Below are positions 8,295 through 17,794 of a stretch of DNA of 32,000 nt, piece by piece. The notes under the pieces are model-generated. The model had not been told where the DNA came from, made no database searches, and saw only the letters and a list, made by a program, of their open reading frames with translations. Made by a program: the position numbers and the translations under genes. How positions within the stretch are numbered: the first letter of the stretch is position 1; every line of letters starts with the position of its first letter. The stretch lies in contig NC_014148.1 in the NCBI RefSeq assembly GCF_000092105.1, positions 4,770,001 through 4,802,000 of the forward strand, in the 5' to 3' direction. The stretch comes from Planctopirus limnophila DSM 3776 (GTDB lineage: Bacteria; Planctomycetota; Planctomycetia; Planctomycetales; Planctomycetaceae).

Positions 8295-9359
8295 TCAATC
8301 CCCCAGAAACTGCGTGTAGAGTGTTCGGGCGAGGGTGGGGTCTTCGGTGCCTTCGATATAGGCGCGGCGATCTCTGAAGATGGTAAGTTCGCAGTTGTGG
8401 CCGGTGGGTTTGAAGCGGAGTAAATAGGGGTTTGGTCGCACATCGCCCAGGGGAGCCAGTTGATTGGCCAGCAGATTGAGATCGAGCGGGCGGGGATGGG
8501 CAGGGCTGATTTGTACGGCATTGCGGCCGCAAAGCACTGTTGTTTGTGACGTCTGCTGGCCACTGAGCCACAATCGCTCGCCTTGCTGGCAGGCCCGGCA
8601 ATCGTTCGTTTCGCGTAAACCTGAAAGGTCCATCGAGCGGATCTGACCACTCCAGGCATCGATCAGCTTCAATTGTGAGCCGAGCACTTCTCTCTCGCCC
8701 AGAAGGATCTGTATTGCCATCATGGCCTGGAGGGAAGCGACGAGATGGACAGCTGGCCCTGCGACACCGACGGCATCGCATGTGGCGGGGGTGGTGGCTG
8801 ACGAGGACGTTTGCCCGGAAGCGTCGTCATCGACCGGGTTGACGAGGCAGCGAAAGCAGGGTGTGTGAGTCGGATGAAAGGCCATGGCCTGGCCACTGGT
8901 GCCGACACAGCCTCCATGCACCCAGGGGAGGTTTCGTTCGAGAGCGGCATCATTGAGGAGGAGGCGGAGTTCGAAGTTGTCGGCTCCATCGACGACCAGA
9001 TCGACGCCTGCCAGTAGTTCGAGAATGTTCTCGGGGCGGATGTCGGCCACGATGGGTTCGAGAGTGATCTCGTGATTGATTTCGCCCAGACGGCGGGCCG
9101 CTGCGATGGCTTTGGGGATGCGTTCGCGGGCGTCGGTTTCGTCGTAGAGCGATTGCCGCTGGAGGTTCGTCAGATCGACAAAGTCGCGGTCGATCAGGCG
9201 TAACGTTCCCACGCCAGCGCGAGCCAGGAGTTCGGCGGCGCAGCTTCCCAGGGCCCCCATGCCCAGTATGGCGACCACGGCCCTTGAGAGGCGCTCTTGT
9301 CCAGTTGTTCCAAATTGTGGCAACAGCATCTGACGGTGATAGCGGCTGAGGTTCGGCAT
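8295..9359 (-). CDS. ThiF/MoeB/HesA-family adenylyltransferase (E1-like) with a C-terminal extension of the Bacillus ThiF type
   Basis: RYHRQMLLPQFGTTGQERL, the nucleotide loop ILGMGALGS, DRDFVDLTNLQRQ, zinc cysteines CFRC and CRAC, and a C-terminal VLCGRNAVQI...NPYLL...IFRDRRAYIEGTEDP. I prefer the ATG at 9359 because the longest ORF starts with TTG at 9482. Confidence 0.88.
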   Translation of the reverse strand: MPNLSRYHRQMLLPQFGTTGQERLSRAVVAILGMGALGSCAAELLARAGVGTLRLIDRDFVDLTNLQRQSLYDETDARERIPKAIAAARRLGEINHEITLEPIVADIRPENILELLAGVDLVVDGADNFELRLLLNDAALERNLPWVHGGCVGTSGQAMAFHPTHTPCFRCLVNPVDDDASGQTSSSATTPATCDAVGVAGPAVHLVASLQAMMAIQILLGEREVLGSQLKLIDAWSGQIRSMDLSGLRETNDCRACQQGERLWLSGQQTSQTTVLCGRNAVQISPAHPRPLDLNLLANQLAPLGDVRPNPYLLRFKPTGHNCELTIFRDRRAYIEGTEDPTLARTLYTQFLGD

Positions 9360-9589
9360 GCAGTCATTGTGCCAGTTTCTGGGAGGCCGTTGTACGGGGT
9401 TGGAGAAGATTTTCTGGGGAAGTTGGCCCGGGATTCTGAGTGCTGAAAAAGAGACAGTTTTCGATGGAGAAGCGTCGCTCAAAAGACTATACTGAACACA
9501 AGTACATTATCGTTTAGGCGCACCAGAAAGGGATAGGGTGAAGGGCCTGTTTGTTCATTATGTTGTTCAGTTGTGTTTGGGAAGGGTCG

Positions 9590-10051
9590 ATGAAGATGTC
9601 TGCAATGAAAGTTTCCGGGGAGAAGGTGGAGTTGCCAAGGGATTCGGCCACATCGTTCTGGCAGGAGGTGGAAAGGCACTATGCCGCCGATGATCACCTG
9701 CGGTGGAAACTCTTGGCGTTATTGGCGTTACGGGAAAGTTGCGGATGGACAATTGAGCAACTGGGGCGGGCGACGGGCCACCCGCGAGGTCATATTTCCC
9801 GCTGCCTCAGCAAGGTGAAAAAGGAGTTGCAGCAGCGGTTCCAGGCGGATGCCCAGATGTCGAAACGATTTGCAGTTGATGAAGGTGACATCAAGTTGAG
9901 TGAACAGGAGCAAGCCGCCATTGAGAATGAACGTCTGCAAATGGAGAGTCAGGCGATCAGCAGGGCCATTCCCCGAAGGAAAAGGACTGCTGTGCGTCCC
10001 CAGGTGGTCATGAACAGGGCGGTCATGAACAGAAAGCATCGCAATCTGTAG
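9590..10051 (+). CDS. Hypothetical protein with a sigma-70 region-4-like helix-turn-helix and a basic tail
   Basis: The HTH-like segment is WTIEQLGRATGHPRGHISRCLSKVKKEL. An ATG at 9590 is preceded by ggaagg, whereas the longest ORF starts with TTG at 9551. I recognise no family-specific motif. Confidence 0.5.
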   Translation: MKMSAMKVSGEKVELPRDSATSFWQEVERHYAADDHLRWKLLALLALRESCGWTIEQLGRATGHPRGHISRCLSKVKKELQQRFQADAQMSKRFAVDEGDIKLSEQEQAAIENERLQMESQAISRAIPRRKRTAVRPQVVMNRAVMNRKHRNL

Positions 10052-10159
10052 TTAGCCTGGTGTGACGATGGCACTCAACAGGTTCCGAGCTGCTGAGTAA
10101 TACGGCTCATCTGTGAGATCAATTCGTCTTTCAAGCGTATTTGTCGTCAGGAGTCTCGG

Positions 10160-10831
10160 ATGCAGATTGAAGAGCTTCCCATCGGTCAGTTACTCCCCGC
10201 GCCCTACAACCCGCGGAAAGTGTTGAAGGCGGGTGATCGCGGCTACGAAAAGCTGGTGCGGTCTCTGGCCGAGTTTTCGCTGGTGCAACCAGTGATCTGG
10301 AATCGTCAGACGGGCCATATTGTCGGTGGTCACCAGCGAGTCGAAATCCTGCGGGCGCAGGGGGCCACCACAGTTCCCTGTGTGATCGTCGATCTATCGC
10401 TGGCTCGTGAGCAGGCTCTGAATGTGGCACTCAACAATCGTGAAGTGGGGAGCGATTGGGATATTCCCAGGCTGTCGGGGCTGCTGGCTGAGTTGAATGA
10501 TCTCCCGGATTTCGATGCCACGCTCAGTGGTTTTGATCCCCGGGAGCTACGGGAAATCACCCTGGTGGCACCCTTTTCGACCATGGAAGAGGTGGCAAAT
10601 GATGGTCAAAAGACTATCCAAGCCAAACAGTCTTTACTTGAAAAAGACGCGCTGGTTGCCTCCAAGCCTTCAAAGAAAAGCTCTTCCAATGCATCGGCAG
10701 CTCATAGCAAAGGGGAGTCGATTGTCATCGTGACATTGGAAGTAGAGCCCAGTCGCTGGGAAGAAGTCCGCTCCCGCCTCGACGAACTGATTCAGCAAAT
10801 CCCAATGCCGATTCATGTGCGATGGAGTTGA
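10160..10831 (+). CDS. ParB N-terminal (ParB/Srx-like nuclease) domain protein with no attached methyltransferase or centromere-binding HTH
   Basis: LLPAPYNPRKV, the HIVGGHQRVEIL box, TVPCVIVDL and REQALNVALNNRE are typical of the ParBc domain found at the N-terminus of phage and plasmid DNA methylases. An AGGAG-like caggag lies upstream of the ATG at 10160. The C-terminal half is low-complexity followed by a small domain. Confidence 0.8.
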   Translation: MQIEELPIGQLLPAPYNPRKVLKAGDRGYEKLVRSLAEFSLVQPVIWNRQTGHIVGGHQRVEILRAQGATTVPCVIVDLSLAREQALNVALNNREVGSDWDIPRLSGLLAELNDLPDFDATLSGFDPRELREITLVAPFSTMEEVANDGQKTIQAKQSLLEKDALVASKPSKKSSSNASAAHSKGESIVIVTLEVEPSRWEEVRSRLDELIQQIPMPIHVRWS

Positions 10832-11023
10832 TTCACGTAGAGGATGCCTACGATTGCCCGCGCTCATCATCGCGATTATTGCGACAGATCGGAACTTCCA
10901 GAGATTTTAACGATACCTGATTGTCGTGCCGTGTGTTTCTCTCATAGCCTGCGGGTATCAGTCGATCTGAAAACCTGTGGCACGAAGATAATCATTCAAC
11001 GTGGTGTTCATCGGGGCGGAAAC

Positions 11024-13021
11024 ATGAAGACGAGCCTTTCATATGTGGCAGTTGATCGAACTTCCACTCAGGTTCCACGATGCTGCTCAGGGATCCAATC
11101 GATTCGCAAGATCGTGAGTTTATTGTCGCTGGCAGTTTGTCTCTCAGTTCTGAGTGACGATATCTTTGCTGCCGACAAACCACGGGTGATTTCCCCTGCC
11201 GAAAAGCCTTCGATTTCCGAAATCAGCCGCCAGATTGATGCGTTCCTGCAGCAGGAGTTTGACAAAAAGGGGATTGCGCCATCGGCCATCTGCAGTGATG
11301 AAGATTTCCTCCGCCGGGCGACGATGGATATCGCTGGCCGGCTGCCCACTCCGGAAGAGATTCGCGAGTTCCTTGCCAACAGCGATGCCGAAAAGCGGGC
11401 CGAGATCGTGCAGTCGCTCCTGGCTGAGCCAGCCTATGCCTCTAACTGGGCTCGCTATTGGCGGGATGTCATCTTCATGAATGCGACCAATGCCCGGGCC
11501 CGGTTTGCCGTCAAGCCTTTCGAAGACTGGATGACAGCCGAACTCAATCGCAATGCGAGCTGGGATGAGATTGTGACACAACTCATCACCGCAACTGGCG
11601 ATGTCTACGAGAATGGCGCCACGTCTCTCTTCTTTGCCCATGATGCCGAGCCTGAAGAAGTGGCTTCGGAGATCTCGCGGATCTTCATGGGAGTGCAGAT
11701 GTCGTGTGCGAATTGCCACGATCATCCTTCGGATATCTGGAAGCGTCGGCAATTTCACGAACTGGCCGCCTTCCTCCCTCGCGTGAATTTGAAGCAAGAC
11801 CTTCAGGCCATGCCACCCAAGTTCGAGCTGGCTTCGATTCAGGCGAACGAACGTCGTGGGACGGATTTTCTCAAAGAGAATCCTGAGATGATCTTTCAGG
11901 CACTCGATCGCAATCGCGACCGTAAGATCAGCGAGGAAGAGTCCAAAGGGGGCCGTGGCCAGTTCGCCCGTGTCTTTCCCCGATTGATCGAATACGGCGA
12001 CACCAACAAAGACGGCATGATCTCACTGGCCGAAATCAAGTCTGTTCAGGTACCTGAGCGACCTGGGCAGGGGAGTATTGAATACTATATGCCTAACCTG
12101 GATCGGCCCGCCGAAAAGGGAACGCTGATCCATCCCAAGTTTTTCGTCAATGGCCGAGCCCCCGGCAAAGAGCTGGACGACCAGGAACGACGCCAGGCTC
12201 TGGCGGGTTTCGTGACCGCACCTCAGAACGAATGGTTCTCGAAAGCCGTGGTGAACCGTGTCTGGCATGAAATGCTGGGCTCCGCCTTCTACATGCCCGT
12301 CGACGACATGGGCCCATCGCGAAGTGCAGTCCATCCCCAGGCGATTGAAGCTCTGGCTAAGGCCTTCACCGAATCGGGCTACGATCTCAAATGGCTGGTC
12401 GGCACAATTGCCAGTACCAGCGCCTATCAGCGATCTTTGCGGAACAGTTCTAGCAGCCAGCCGGAAGTTCCCTTTGCGGCGGGTCAGCCCAGTCGCTGGC
12501 GGGCTGATCAACTCTTCTCGGCAATGTCGTCGGCTCTGGGCATGCCTGAAGAAACACGTATGTCACAAGCCCCTGGGATGATGGGGCGCCTCGCCATGCG
12601 GAATTCGCCACGCACACAGTTCACACAGCTGTTTGGATTCGATCCTTCGATTCCTCGGGAAGATCTGACTGGCACGATCCCTCAATCTTTGATGCTCATG
12701 AACAGTCCCACCGTCAACCGGGCTGTCGAACAGCAGATTCGCAGTGCCATCACTGGTGATGATACTCCCCTCGAACGTGGCTTTGCCGCCGTGGCCCGGA
12801 ATCGTTTTGGTAATAATCCACCGGCAGGCCGCAATTCGACGATCACTCTCAATCGTGCTGCGGTGGAAGAACTCTATCTGAAGACCCTGGCTCGTAAGCC
12901 CACAGAAGCCGAATTCAAAATGATGCGGGCTTATGTCGATGAGCATGGCAACAATCCCGAGGCTGCTGTCGATCTCCTCTGGGCGCTCATTAACTCGACT
13001 GAGTTTCTATCGCGACGGTAA
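11024..13021 (+). CDS. DUF1549 (PSCyt2) / DUF1553 (PSD1) domain protein with an internal EF-hand pair
   Basis: A signal-like region follows the ATG at 11024. The DUF1549 hallmark is MSCANCHDHPSDIW. Canonical EF-hand loops are DRNRDRKISEEE (11906-11941) and DTNKDGMISLAE (11999-12034). The C-terminal LWALINSTEFLSRR is a DUF1553-type ending. Confidence 0.88.
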   Translation: MKTSLSYVAVDRTSTQVPRCCSGIQSIRKIVSLLSLAVCLSVLSDDIFAADKPRVISPAEKPSISEISRQIDAFLQQEFDKKGIAPSAICSDEDFLRRATMDIAGRLPTPEEIREFLANSDAEKRAEIVQSLLAEPAYASNWARYWRDVIFMNATNARARFAVKPFEDWMTAELNRNASWDEIVTQLITATGDVYENGATSLFFAHDAEPEEVASEISRIFMGVQMSCANCHDHPSDIWKRRQFHELAAFLPRVNLKQDLQAMPPKFELASIQANERRGTDFLKENPEMIFQALDRNRDRKISEEESKGGRGQFARVFPRLIEYGDTNKDGMISLAEIKSVQVPERPGQGSIEYYMPNLDRPAEKGTLIHPKFFVNGRAPGKELDDQERRQALAGFVTAPQNEWFSKAVVNRVWHEMLGSAFYMPVDDMGPSRSAVHPQAIEALAKAFTESGYDLKWLVGTIASTSAYQRSLRNSSSSQPEVPFAAGQPSRWRADQLFSAMSSALGMPEETRMSQAPGMMGRLAMRNSPRTQFTQLFGFDPSIPREDLTGTIPQSLMLMNSPTVNRAVEQQIRSAITGDDTPLERGFAAVARNRFGNNPPAGRNSTITLNRAAVEELYLKTLARKPTEAEFKMMRAYVDEHGNNPEAAVDLLWALINSTEFLSRR

Positions 13022-13171
13022 GTGGATCATGTGCTTGTCGCTATCAATGTGAGTCCTATTGCAGGATGCATTGGCTGATTCAAGGATGGTCTTGTTAAGT
13101 CGCTATTTAATTCGATTCAAAAACATTACATAAAACTTGCGAATCAATTCTCATTGTCTAGGGTCTGAATC

Positions 13172-14464
13172 ATGTCGCCAGTCATTCACGATCTTGTTCA
13201 GCTTTCGAGAAACCACTTTACCCGCCGACGTCTGCTGCAATCTACTGCGGCTGGGATGGGTGCGATGGCTGCCGGTGGTTTGCTGCCAGCTTGTCTGTCG
13301 GCTCAGGCGGCTGATCTGCAGCAGAAGAAGCGTTCGATCATTGTCCTCTGGATGCAGGGAGCACCCAGCCAGTTCGAGACCTTCGATCCCAAGCCTGGTA
13401 CGGAAACAGGCGGCCCTACGAAGTCCATCTCGACAGCCGCCCCGGGAATTCAGATTGCCTCGACCTTCCCGCAAGTTGCGAAAATGATGAACGAGATTGC
13501 CCTGATCCGTTCACTCACGAATAAAGAAGGGAATCATCAGCGGGCGACTTACCAGTTGCATACAGGCTACATTCCCACCGGTTCGGTCAAGCATCCTTCA
13601 CTGGGGGCGAATATCTCCCGACAGATTGCTCCTGCCGGGCAGGATCTGCCGTCGCTGGTCACCATCGGGAATGCGATAGCCGGGATTGGTGCTGGGTATC
13701 TGGGAATCAACTACGAGCCGCTGCACCTCAATCAGGCCGGTAAGATTCCCGATAACGTCACGATTGGAACGAGTACCGAACGCTTTGACCGACGGCTGGG
13801 TCTACTCGGCCAGATGGATCAGCAGTTTGCCGAACGTGGTGGAGCCTCTGTCGTGCAGACACATCGCGATCTCTACTCAAAGGCATCAGGGATGGCTCAG
13901 TCGAAGGATCTGAAGGTCTTCGACCTCGATGAAGAACCAGCCGCTCTCAAGGAGGCTTATGGCGATACCAACTTTGGGCGTGGTTGCCTTCTGGCGCGCC
14001 GTCTTGTTGAAGCAGGTGTCACTTATATCGAAGTGCGCGTGGGGAACTGGGATACCCATGCCGATAACTTTGATGCGACGACCCGGCTGGCTGGGGAAGT
14101 TGATCCGGCGGCAGCCACTTTGATTCGAGACCTCAAAGACCGTGGCCTGCTCGATTCGACACTCGTGGTCTGGATGGGTGAGTTTGGCCGCACTCCCAAA
14201 ATCAATGCCCGCACAGGTCGCGATCACTTCCCGAAAGCATTTAACGGCTTCCTCGCGGGAGCCGGTATTCGCGGTGGTCAGGTGATTGGACGCACCAACG
14301 CCGAGGGGACAGAGATCGAAGACCGACCAGTGACTGTGGGTGATCTCTTCACATCGATCTGTGCGGCTATGAAGGTCAATCCCAAGGATGAAACCATGAG
14401 CCCCCAGGGCCGACCTCTCAAGGTCATTGAATCGGGCGAAGTGATTCAAGGACTCTTCGCCTGA
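13172..14464 (+). CDS. DUF1501 (sulfatase-fold) protein with a Tat signal; the usual partner of DUF1549/DUF1553 genes
   Basis: RRRLLQSTAAGMGAMAAGG is the Tat signal. WDTHADNF and GEFGRTPKINARTGRDHFP are motifs characteristic of DUF1501. Confidence 0.92.
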   Translation: MSPVIHDLVQLSRNHFTRRRLLQSTAAGMGAMAAGGLLPACLSAQAADLQQKKRSIIVLWMQGAPSQFETFDPKPGTETGGPTKSISTAAPGIQIASTFPQVAKMMNEIALIRSLTNKEGNHQRATYQLHTGYIPTGSVKHPSLGANISRQIAPAGQDLPSLVTIGNAIAGIGAGYLGINYEPLHLNQAGKIPDNVTIGTSTERFDRRLGLLGQMDQQFAERGGASVVQTHRDLYSKASGMAQSKDLKVFDLDEEPAALKEAYGDTNFGRGCLLARRLVEAGVTYIEVRVGNWDTHADNFDATTRLAGEVDPAAATLIRDLKDRGLLDSTLVVWMGEFGRTPKINARTGRDHFPKAFNGFLAGAGIRGGQVIGRTNAEGTEIEDRPVTVGDLFTSICAAMKVNPKDETMSPQGRPLKVIESGEVIQGLFA

Positions 14465-14604
14465 TGGCGGTTCGCCTATTGCTATTGCGAAAGATATGGC
14501 CTTGAAACGTTTGAGAGGCAGGTGCTGCTCGCCACCCGATCAAAGCGCGGCGTAACGGCATAGTTTCGGACTTTCTGGCTGACACATGCATGGTCTCAAG
14601 AATC

Positions 14605-14635
14605 GTGCCATGCTTGCAGCTCTGAGCAAGCATGC
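14605..14635 (-). repeat. REP-like hairpin element, variant stem, reverse orientation
   Basis: gtgc-catgcttgc(14609-14617)-agctctga-gcaagcatg(14626-14634)-c. It equals the reverse complement of the 4067-4097 element except at 2 loop positions. Confidence 0.8.
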
Positions 14636-14673
14636 TCCTTTGATTTGTCGGTCCAAAACTCAAATGCAAGACC

Positions 14674-14705
14674 GGCATGCTCACTCCGAGCCGTGAGCAT
14701 GGCAC
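14674..14705 (+). repeat. REP-like hairpin element, forward orientation
   Basis: ggcatgctcac-tccgagcc-gtgagcatggcac, with stem 14676-14684 paired to 14693-14701. It is identical over 31 nt (14675-14705) to the reverse complement of 29566-29596. Confidence 0.85.
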
Positions 14706-14889
14706 AAAGATTTGCATGGCCTTGATCCTTATCGGTTTCTTCTTTGCAGGCGGCACATCAGGAGTTAGGCTCCATGAGATCCGCGTAATCCCACGGAAAC
14801 ATCTCGCTCGTTACCTTCCTTTGTATGCGGCAGTCACTTGGTTTGGCTACAATATCGCCATGTGATGAATCTCCCGCAGGAAGACAAAC

Positions 14890-15321
14890 ATGGCCGAGCA
14901 GAAGCTGATTCTCATTATCGACGACGACCGCGAAATCGCATCGACTTTGCAGGCCGTCCTGCAGCATGCCGGTCACCGGGTGACGTTGGCTCCCAATGGT
15001 ATGGAAGGCCAGAGGCTCATCGAATCCCTCTCACCGGACCTGGTGATTACGGACATGATGATGCCTCGCATGGGTGGCTTTCCGGTGCTGGAGTTCATCC
15101 GCACGCTCGCGAAAAAGCCCCGCGTCATCATGATCACTGCCAACGAAGGGGGCCGGCACAAGGCTTATGCCGAGATGCTTGGCGTCGATGATTATCTGCG
15201 AAAACCTTTCCCCATGGAAGCACTGGTCGAATCAGTGAACCGCATCTTCTCGCCCCCGGCCGAAGCAGGGACTGGTGAAGATGCCGCTCCAAAGAAAACC
15301 ACCCGACGAAAAACTTCGTAA
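14890..15321 (+). CDS. Single-domain CheY-like response regulator (receiver domain only)
   Basis: [12 protein letters not shown], the phospho-acceptor context [16 protein letters not shown] and DDYLRKPF. aggaag lies upstream of the ATG. Confidence 0.92.
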   Translation: MAEQKLILIIDDDREIASTLQAVLQHAGHRVTLAPNGMEGQRLIESLSPDLVITDMMMPRMGGFPVLEFIRTLAKKPRVIMITANEGGRHKAYAEMLGVDDYLRKPFPMEALVESVNRIFSPPAEAGTGEDAAPKKTTRRKTS

Positions 15322-15394
15322 TGGCCGGCAGTTTAATGTGTGGCAGTGGCTGGCCACGGTTTTAAGCCATTGAACAAGCCTTACGATCACTGCG

Positions 15395-15434
15395 AGCACT
15401 TCATCCTTGAAAATGGTGAAGTGCTTATTTTTTT
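15395..15434 (+). terminator. Rho-independent terminator for the response-regulator gene, overlapping the stop codon of the convergent gene
   Basis: The stem agcacttcatc (15395-15405) pairs with ggtgaagtgct (15415-15425) with one G-U pair. It is followed by t-a-ttttttt (15426-15434). Confidence 0.6.
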
Positions 15435-15847
15435 CCAGTGGGAACGTCGAGATCGATGACGTTTCGTCCCTCGGCGACTGTTTTCTTCATCGGCGAAGAA
15501 ACTTCGGATCGATAGGCAGCAGGTATTGATCCTGCAACCTGCTGATTCGTGGAAACCTCTCCCTCGGCGACGACCAGCCGCTCGAAGTAGATCGTGTATT
15601 CTGCAGGACGCAAAGGGTCTGGGAGTTGATAACTTCCATCAACATCCACTGGCGACATAGAACCCTGCCCAATCATCGAATTGATGAAATAGACAGCCAG
15701 CCTCTCAGACGGAGGGCCGCCACCAATCAGGACTTTTCCCTGAACTGTGCCCATAGGAGGCTTGGCCGGCCCGCAACCGAAAGTGGTGACGATTGTCAGG
15801 CCGACCAACATCGAGAAAAGTGCGTTGCGAAGGTCTCTATGGAACAC
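15425..15847 (-). CDS. Small lipoprotein (140 aa), downstream partner of the DUF1559 gene
   Basis: A GTG start gives a charged n-region and then the lipobox-like LTIVTTFGC. The mature part begins GTVQGKVLIGGGP, which resembles a carboxypeptidase-regulatory beta-sandwich. A paralogous arrangement occurs at 17273-17695. Confidence 0.7.
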   Translation of the reverse strand: MFHRDLRNALFSMLVGLTIVTTFGCGPAKPPMGTVQGKVLIGGGPPSERLAVYFINSMIGQGSMSPVDVDGSYQLPDPLRPAEYTIYFERLVVAEGEVSTNQQVAGSIPAAYRSEVSSPMKKTVAEGRNVIDLDVPTGKK

Positions 15848-15972
15848 GGGAATCCTGTCTATGCCGTTTGATCAGTGCAATCCACGAATGTCGATTTCGA
15901 TCGCTTCGAAGAGTCGACATGCTCGTAAGCAGAGCTGGTGGTGCGCCTCAGGAGAGATTGGAAGTCGAGAGA

Positions 15973-16974
15973 CTAAAACTCACCAACCACCTGTCCGTCA
16001 TCGCGGATGCAGAGCATTTTGAGCATCTGAAAATCGATATTGTCCGAAACAAATCGAACCGCACCATCTCCCAGCAGCACATGCACACCACCTGTGTGGA
16101 ACGAAGTCAGCATGGTGTTATTGCGGTAGATCAAGTCGTTTCCCGCGTCGAAGATTCTCGAATTCGGCGGATGACGGACACAGGTTGTGCCAGTCTGCCA
16201 GTGATCCGTGCAGGTCGTGTCGGTGATAGTCAACTGATTGCGTGCACCGAACCACCCGCCAAAATAATTGGATGTCCGGTTCGATCCACCAGTAAAGCCC
16301 GATTGTTCCGCAATGACGATGGTGTTGCTGGTTCCGTCGGTCGCATTACGAATCCCCGTGGCCTGATTCATTCGCAGCATCCCCTGATTGCAGCTCCAAC
16401 CTTGTCCACAATCGCGATGACCAGTCGTCGCAGGTGTCCAGGCAAAGTTCGGGGCGGCACCCATGATCCCGACATACTGAATCCCCATGCCGTTCCCCTG
16501 ATTGTTGAACGTCTGGGAGGCACCGCTGTTACTGGTGTAAGTCTGAGGGAACGTCTCCAGCGAACTCGAAGGGCACAAGTAGCCTGAGAACACAAAATTC
16601 CTCAAACGCTCATTGCCACCCGAGTACGCCAGAGCAGGGTCGGTTCCTGCGGAAAAGTTTCCCGTCGAGAAGTTCAGGCTGTTGAACAAAGGAGCCTGAT
16701 CCATGTAGGGCAAAAGGGCGACCCGCCAGTTCGTGCCATTCTTCACACCCGCCTGAACGTAGATGTCACCGCCGCGCGTCCCCATCGGAAAGACGCCTGC
16801 AACATCATGATAGTTATGCAGCGCCAAACCCATCTGCTTCAGATTGTTGCGGCACTGGGTTCGTCGTGCGGCTTCGCGTGCCTGTTGCACGGCAGGCAAC
16901 AACAGGGCAATCAAAATGGCGATGATCGCAATCACCACCAGCAATTCAATCAGAGTGAATCCACGGCGAGACAT
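15973..16974 (-). CDS. Prepilin-type N-terminal cleavage/methylation domain protein of the DUF1559 family with a C-terminal H-X9-DG motif
   Basis: [47 protein letters not shown] at the N-terminus and [22 protein letters not shown] at the C-terminus (H, then 9 residues, then DG). Confidence 0.93.
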   Translation of the reverse strand: MSRRGFTLIELLVVIAIIAILIALLLPAVQQAREAARRTQCRNNLKQMGLALHNYHDVAGVFPMGTRGGDIYVQAGVKNGTNWRVALLPYMDQAPLFNSLNFSTGNFSAGTDPALAYSGGNERLRNFVFSGYLCPSSSLETFPQTYTSNSGASQTFNNQGNGMGIQYVGIMGAAPNFAWTPATTGHRDCGQGWSCNQGMLRMNQATGIRNATDGTSNTIVIAEQSGFTGGSNRTSNYFGGWFGARNQLTITDTTCTDHWQTGTTCVRHPPNSRIFDAGNDLIYRNNTMLTSFHTGGVHVLLGDGAVRFVSDNIDFQMLKMLCIRDDGQVVGEF

Positions 16975-17272
16975 AAGAGTTCTCCATGAGTAGATTAGAT
17001 GAAGACACTAATCAATGAAGCAAAACCTGTACCTTGCCGGGGTTCAAGCTCTTTGAATTGACACTATGCACGCAATTGGTCTGTTCAAGCAGGTGCATTG
17101 ACCTAATGCCCAAAACTTACGGCGTTTGAAGCCGATTGAATGTGCATTAGTGCGGTTTTTGATCTCGCGCATGCATTCAAACTAGGCAATGTCTTCCAAA
17201 AAGGAGCGGGTTACACGCGATCCCAAATGGATCGGAAGTGGCTTTAGAGAGATCTTCTCAGCGACCGCTGCA

Positions 17273-17695
17273 TCATTCCGGCTTGAGATGAAAATCCTGT
17301 GTGGAGGATGCTGCCGGGATCGTAGCTTTGAGTTCACTCTTCGTGTTGTATCTGGCGGGAACGAACTCTTCCCTCATCAGCACCTTTTGGCCGTTAACCA
17401 GCTCCGAAGAATATCGACCGGGAATTTCTCGCTGGCCATAAATCTCCACCAGTTTTTCACCGGGAGGGACTTTTAATTGATAATTGCCGTATTCGATTCT
17501 CCCGGAAGCCGATTTTCCACCGCCGGACACCGGATGAAAGGTGATCTGGCCTTCCAGTACCGGCTGCTCATTGACAGTGACGGTTCCCGTCACTTCAGAT
17601 TCGGGCACCGAATTTGTGCAACCCCCGATCCCAAGGAGCACGCCAGTGACAGCCAAACACTTCCATGCGGGAATTAAAACTGCCATTAAAGACAC
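17273..17695 (-). CDS. Small lipoprotein (about 137-140 aa), downstream partner of the second DUF1559 gene
   Basis: The lipobox is LLGIGGC, followed by VTGTVTVNEQPVLEGQITF. The start is either GTG at 17695 or ATG at 17686. Size and position match 15425-15847. Confidence 0.7.
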   Translation of the reverse strand: MSLMAVLIPAWKCLAVTGVLLGIGGCTNSVPESEVTGTVTVNEQPVLEGQITFHPVSGGGKSASGRIEYGNYQLKVPPGEKLVEIYGQREIPGRYSSELVNGQKVLMREEFVPARYNTKSELKATIPAASSTQDFHLKPE

Positions 17696-17794
17696 GCCTC
17701 ATTGAAGACGAACAACAGCAAGTCAACTTGAACAAAGCGGGAGGTGGCTGCACAAGACAGCCACCTTCTTTGTCTCAGGATCATGGAGCAGGCC

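Noticed and set aside
8295-9359. ThiF/E1-like enzyme as part of a ubiquitin-like or CBASS-type defence system
   Set aside because: No E2, JAB, ubiquitin-like or cyclase gene is adjacent. GC content is native, and the C-terminal region resembles the housekeeping Bacillus-type ThiF. It is most likely a cofactor-biosynthesis enzyme.
15793-16587. 264-aa plus-strand ORF
   Set aside because: It is antisense to the DUF1559 gene and to the 5-prime end of the lipoprotein gene, has no recognisable motifs and has shadow-ORF composition.
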